The notes beneath the pieces are model-generated. The model made no database searches. It had not been told where the DNA came from and saw only the letters and a list, made by a program, of their open reading frames with translations. Source: Chiloscyllium plagiosum (taxonomy: Eukaryota). Taken from it: a stretch of 64,000 bases of DNA. The DNA lies in NCBI RefSeq assembly GCF_004010195.1, contig NC_057722.1, positions 9,849,348-9,913,347 of the forward strand. Reading direction: 5' to 3'. The translations under genes were made by a program, and so were the position numbers. Positions 59,321-64,000 of this stretch are shown here, piece after piece. Every line of letters begins with the position of its first letter. The first letter of the stretch is position 1.

Positions 59321-62300
59321 TGTATTATCACAGAGTACGTTCAAAGATAACTTGCATGTTTTTCCTGTAAGTCAAGTGGTGAGGTGTTTGCTTGTCATGT
59401 CGGTCACCAACTAGCAGAAGGAGGTGGTGAGCTGTCTACTGCAACTGACTGGCTGCTGAGCATAGGAGGGGAGTGGGGTCAGTGTACTGGAACAAGGTTC
59501 AGTGAGAATATCATCAGCTCCTCAGTGCCATGGCAAGTTAGTGCTGGAGCCAGAAGATTGAGTTGGATCTATCTCTGGTTTCTTCTTTATTCTCAATAGC
59601 TCACTTTGGAGGCCTGGCTGGAGACACCTCATACCCACTGAACCAAAAGGGGCAAAGTTTCTCCTCATGCTTTGTAAATATATGCTAAAAGCATATCATT
59701 TGTGTCACAATGCCACTACATCACTTGCCTATGTGATCATCATTCATCCAGCCAAGTCAAGATAGTTAAGCTTTAAAGTCCATCAAAAGGGATAATGAGA
59801 TCCCTGGTTTTGTGCAAAGGAACAGTGATTGCAAAAGAACGTTGTATGCAATTAACAGCTTGCTTTTCAGCTAAAGCCTTAATCAGGCCAAAATGGATTG
59901 TTCTTTTTCAGCATCATCAGATGGATTTTCAAGCCATGGAAAGCGTACCACCTTGTTGGATGAGAATGACACTGGGACTGAGAGTTCATGAGCATAAAGG
60001 CAGACTCAAAAATTAAAGTGTTTTCCTTCACTAAAACAAAGAAGTTTAAGGATAATGGTGATTCTAATAAAGGTTCCAAAATTATCATGAAATTGACAGG
60101 ATGAAGATATGAAATATCATTCCGATATTTGGAAAGTTGGGAATTATTGGATAGACAGTGGGGGGATTGTTTTATCCACATGGTGGATCAATAGAACTTG
60201 GAATGTTTTATCACAAGCGTATGATGTGGCATTCATTTTAGAACTGATTATACATCAAGCAGGATGGTATTTTACCATTCAGTACCATCCCATGAGAATT
60301 TTTTTTTGATAGTCTTCAAACTTATCCATGGGAGTTATTGCAGTCTTCAGTCAATGTTAGAGGATCTCTTTTGTTTATTGGAGTTTTCACCTTTCTTGTT
60401 TCAGATATTATATCAGCGGACTGAGAGAATCCTCAATGATTTTGTGATTCAAAGTTTTATGAAGCGTATGCTTTTGCAATATTTGTAAAATCACACTTCA
60501 CAGCTCAACACACTAAAGATTCATTTCTAAGGACTCTACGATCGTATCTCACATATGAACAGAAAGACCCACTTGCCAGCCTGAATTCAAGCTACAGCTG
60601 GTCAACTATTGGCCACCTTTAGCGTTCCCAGTTCCTCAGCAGCTGTCAACAACAGCTCATGACTTGCTGCCAATGAGGTTGAGATGGGGTCCTTAGTTAC
60701 AGGAGAAACAGGGTCAGGACTGGGGACAGGGGAAGGGAGACAAGAGCTCTAATTAATGGTGGAAAAATCTGATAGAGCTACCCAAAAGGAGGTTAGGGTT
60801 GAGGGAGTTAGCGGTGAAGAGGACAGGTAGGGGACTGAAAAAACTACTGTTGCAAACAGAAAACATCACCAAACACAAGAATACTGCAAAAGGAAACTAA
60901 AAGGAGTTCTGCTTTCTCACCAAGTTCCAATTCAGAAACTGATGGAGACATCTAACATGACATCCATTTCAGCCTCAAAGTATGCACATACAAACTTACA
61001 AAACATTTGCATGGCTGTCACAAATTCCGTTACATTGTAGGTACCAGCTTTAGTTTAGGCACTCTAGTTTCCTGTGCATTCTGGAGTTGGCTCAGATTGC
61101 ATACTTCACTCATTCAGTAGCAAAACCCAAGGAAAGCAGGACTGTTCCTCTTGGAGAACAATAGGTCACTGTTTCATTCCCACACACCCTCAGACACGCT
61201 TCACTAACCTTCCAGTGAGTAGAATTGTGCATTTTAATGAGATTTTGACCAGAACAACATGTGCTTTGATTGACAGATTTTAAGTAAGTGTACAAATGTA
61301 AAACTATGAATGGTCTCAATTCCACCATTACAACTTCTCTTTGAGTAATACAGGACATTGAATACAGGATATTTCCCAATTAGCTTTGCTTGGCTCAAAG
61401 CATGATCTCAGAATCTTCAGTATTCCCCTCTTCTTCATCATTACTCAGAACTGACTCCCACTTCTCTGTTGTTTTAATATATCTCCTCTTCACATCCCAC
61501 ACTTCACATCCCTCAGTAACAAATACACCTGACGCGACCATTTAAAGTCTTGTACACTGGATTGTCCAAGAACAGTTTATTTTGATTGGTCAGAATTGAA
61601 AGCAAAAGAGCGCAATATGCATGTGAGCATATGAATTATAAGCAGAAGTAGGCTATTTAACCCCTCGCACTCCCCGCCATTCAGTAAATCATGATTGTTC
61701 TGTTAAACCTTTCCCACATCATTTGCTTTCAGCGGCTCACAAAGGAAGTGATAAGACTGTTTCTCGGACAGATACAAAAACATTGATATCACTTAACTTC
61801 CTCTACACTGGTCCTAAGGTGGCAATGCCAATATCTATGGGACTGTCTCTCTCCTGCTACATCTCAGTTATCTCAGTATTGACCTAAAATATTATCATTG
61901 ACCTCTTCCCATTCCAGGCCTACATATTATCTCCATATAATTCTCCATAGATATGGGTTCAGCCTCTGTTAGACCTGCGGTGGTGGTAACTCACTATGCA
62001 CCTTTGTCACCAGCCCCCAACTCCACCCATTTTGGTGCTTCCAAACATATATTTCTTGAAAGTTCACTGATTGACTAAAAAAGAGCAGGTTGATGGATAG
62101 TTTTGAAATCGTGGTCAAAGTTTAGTGAGTGTAAGTCATTCTCAGTTAAATTTAAAAAAAGTTACTGATCGTATTCCGTCAAATTGCACAGAGTGAATGT
62201 GAAATGGGTCATTTGGCCCCTCCCTCTGATATTTGTCTTTATAGAAAAATCAACAGAGAATTGCAGCATGATAAACTGGATCATCAGTTAATCAAGCTTT

Positions 62301-62534
62301 TTAAACCCTTGATATTTCATAAGAGACTGAAAAACAAATAGTATAGTAGCCAACTGTGTGTGGGACATAAATGCTTCACTCTTATAAAGGCAACAAAATG
62401 AAGGCAGAGCCACGGAAAAGTTCATAGACAGGAGCTGGTAAAAGAGACCACAGTGGAGAGGTCAGCGGAGGAATGATACAACAGTGTTACAATACTTCAG
62501 AATGGGTGTTCTCAGTGCCGTAGATGTAGTGCAT

Positions 62535-62796
62535 CAGACTGAAGGAATTGGAGGACTAAGGAGAAAGACGTGAAGGGCAACATTTTTACACAGGCAGTGG
62601 TTCTTATGTAGAATGAACTTCCAGGGGAAGTGGTGAAAGTGGGTACAGTTACAGTATTTAAAAGGCATTTGGATATGTACATGAATAAGAACTGTTTTGA
62701 GGGATATGAGCCAAACACAGGCAAGTGGTTTAGTTGGAATTAAGGTCAGCATGGATTGGTTGGACGGAAGGGTCTGTTTCCATGACTCTATGACTA
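62535..62796 (+). mobile_element. CR1-type LINE 3' end
   Basis: Reverse complement similar to 4275-4510; (ctatga)n tail. Confidence 0.8.
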
Positions 62797-64000
62797 GCTA
62801 ACAGCTTTGGCTGCCAATATCACCGTCCCAATTCATGGAAAGCTTAGAGATGGGGGAGGGATTACAAGAATGGAGGTATGAATATTTGGCTTTTGAAGAA
62901 AGTGATGATAATAGCATTACAGATCCCTGAACAACACACTGCAGACTCTATCCTGGTACACTATGTAATTCTATCAACGTCATTCCAATTTGGGATGTAT
63001 GGTTAATCCCATACAGTGGGTGGTATTTAATGCAGGGAACCTGCCCATCAACTATAGGTCCAGCAAGAGCCCCACAACTCCTCCTCTGGGGGAATGTCAG
63101 CTGTGTTAAGCATCAAACAGGCACTTAAGTGGACGGCCGTGAGCCTGCCCCAAAATCCAGAAGAGCGGTACTGCCCATTCAGAAGCAAACAGCTGTCCAT
63201 GTCAGACAGCACCAATGAGAGGAGAGCAGTGAGGGTGGAAGGGGAAGGGGAAGTGGAGGTAAGAACAGTTCTTGATCCCTCCTTTGATCAGGTCCCTGAA
63301 AGTTTGCCGAAAAGAATTACCCCACCACGAGAAATTCTGACAGGGTTTTGCTCTTTGGGTTCCCTGTGAATTGAGTGCTTTTCTCATTGATGCTTATATA
63401 CTAACAGTGACAGAATGAGACCATCATTAGACATTAAGATCCACCCTGCCACCAAACACATCTGGGGGCATTACGTTCCACTGAAGGTGAGTACAAATAA
63501 ATTAATTTCTATGTCAGTAACCCAGCTTTGTTCCCAAGGCTTCTGTCAGTTAGAAAGTAGAAGATAAATAATTATACTGATGAAATCTGTAATCACACTC
63601 TGTACCAATAAACACACTTCAGCTCAAGGTTAGGGACAGGATTGCAACAATGTATGAGCTAACTACTGTAGGTATTTGATATCTAATCTATAAAGCAATT
63701 GCCACACATTTTCAAAACAATCCGTCATTGATTTCTCATGACACTGTGTGCATTAGATACTCACTGACAAGATTTAGCCAGATTATAAATGTTAAAAATA
63801 GTCCAAAAGAATATCAGTCTTTTTTGTCTCTCCAGTCATAGCCTAAGATTCATCCACAATAATTTCTCCTCCTGCTTCTATATCTTCCCACTTCTGGACC
63901 GACCAAAAAGCTATTGTTAGTTCCTCTTAATTCTCATTTCCATGCTGCCTTTCAGCAACATCATCTGAAAACAACTTGTCAGATTCCACATTTTTGCTTG

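Noticed and set aside
1-64000. CRISPR arrays, operons or prokaryotic defence systems
   Set aside because: Eukaryotic intron-exon DNA; no regularly spaced repeat-spacer array seen

Overview
Vertebrate genomic DNA. The repeat content (HE1-like tRNA SINEs, CR1/L2 LINE debris, abundant Penelope-like remnants) suggests a shark/elasmobranch; this is inference. The window holds two complete, intact, convergently transcribed PLP-enzyme genes that I assembled by hand with GT-AG splice sites and consistent phases. SCLY (selenocysteine lyase) is on the + strand with 12 coding exons at 7027-26937 (455 aa) and a CpG-island promoter at ~3.6-4.05 kb. AGXT (alanine-glyoxylate aminotransferase) is on the - strand with 11 exons at 58836-31913 (436 aa). 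Most notable observations: (1) AGXT has a 43-aa mitochondrial-type presequence and ends in -SKH rather than a canonical PTS1; (2) many minimal hammerhead-ribozyme cores sit in Penelope-like fold-back insertions with 11-17 bp TSDs, some sense-oriented inside introns; (3) a 51-bp tandem duplication duplicates the SCLY exon 9 splice donor and creates a potential poison donor; (4) one Penelope-like insertion carries a copy of nearby intronic sequence. Almost all ORFs in the supplied track are repeat-derived or chance ORFs. There is one assembly gap at 53096-53323.
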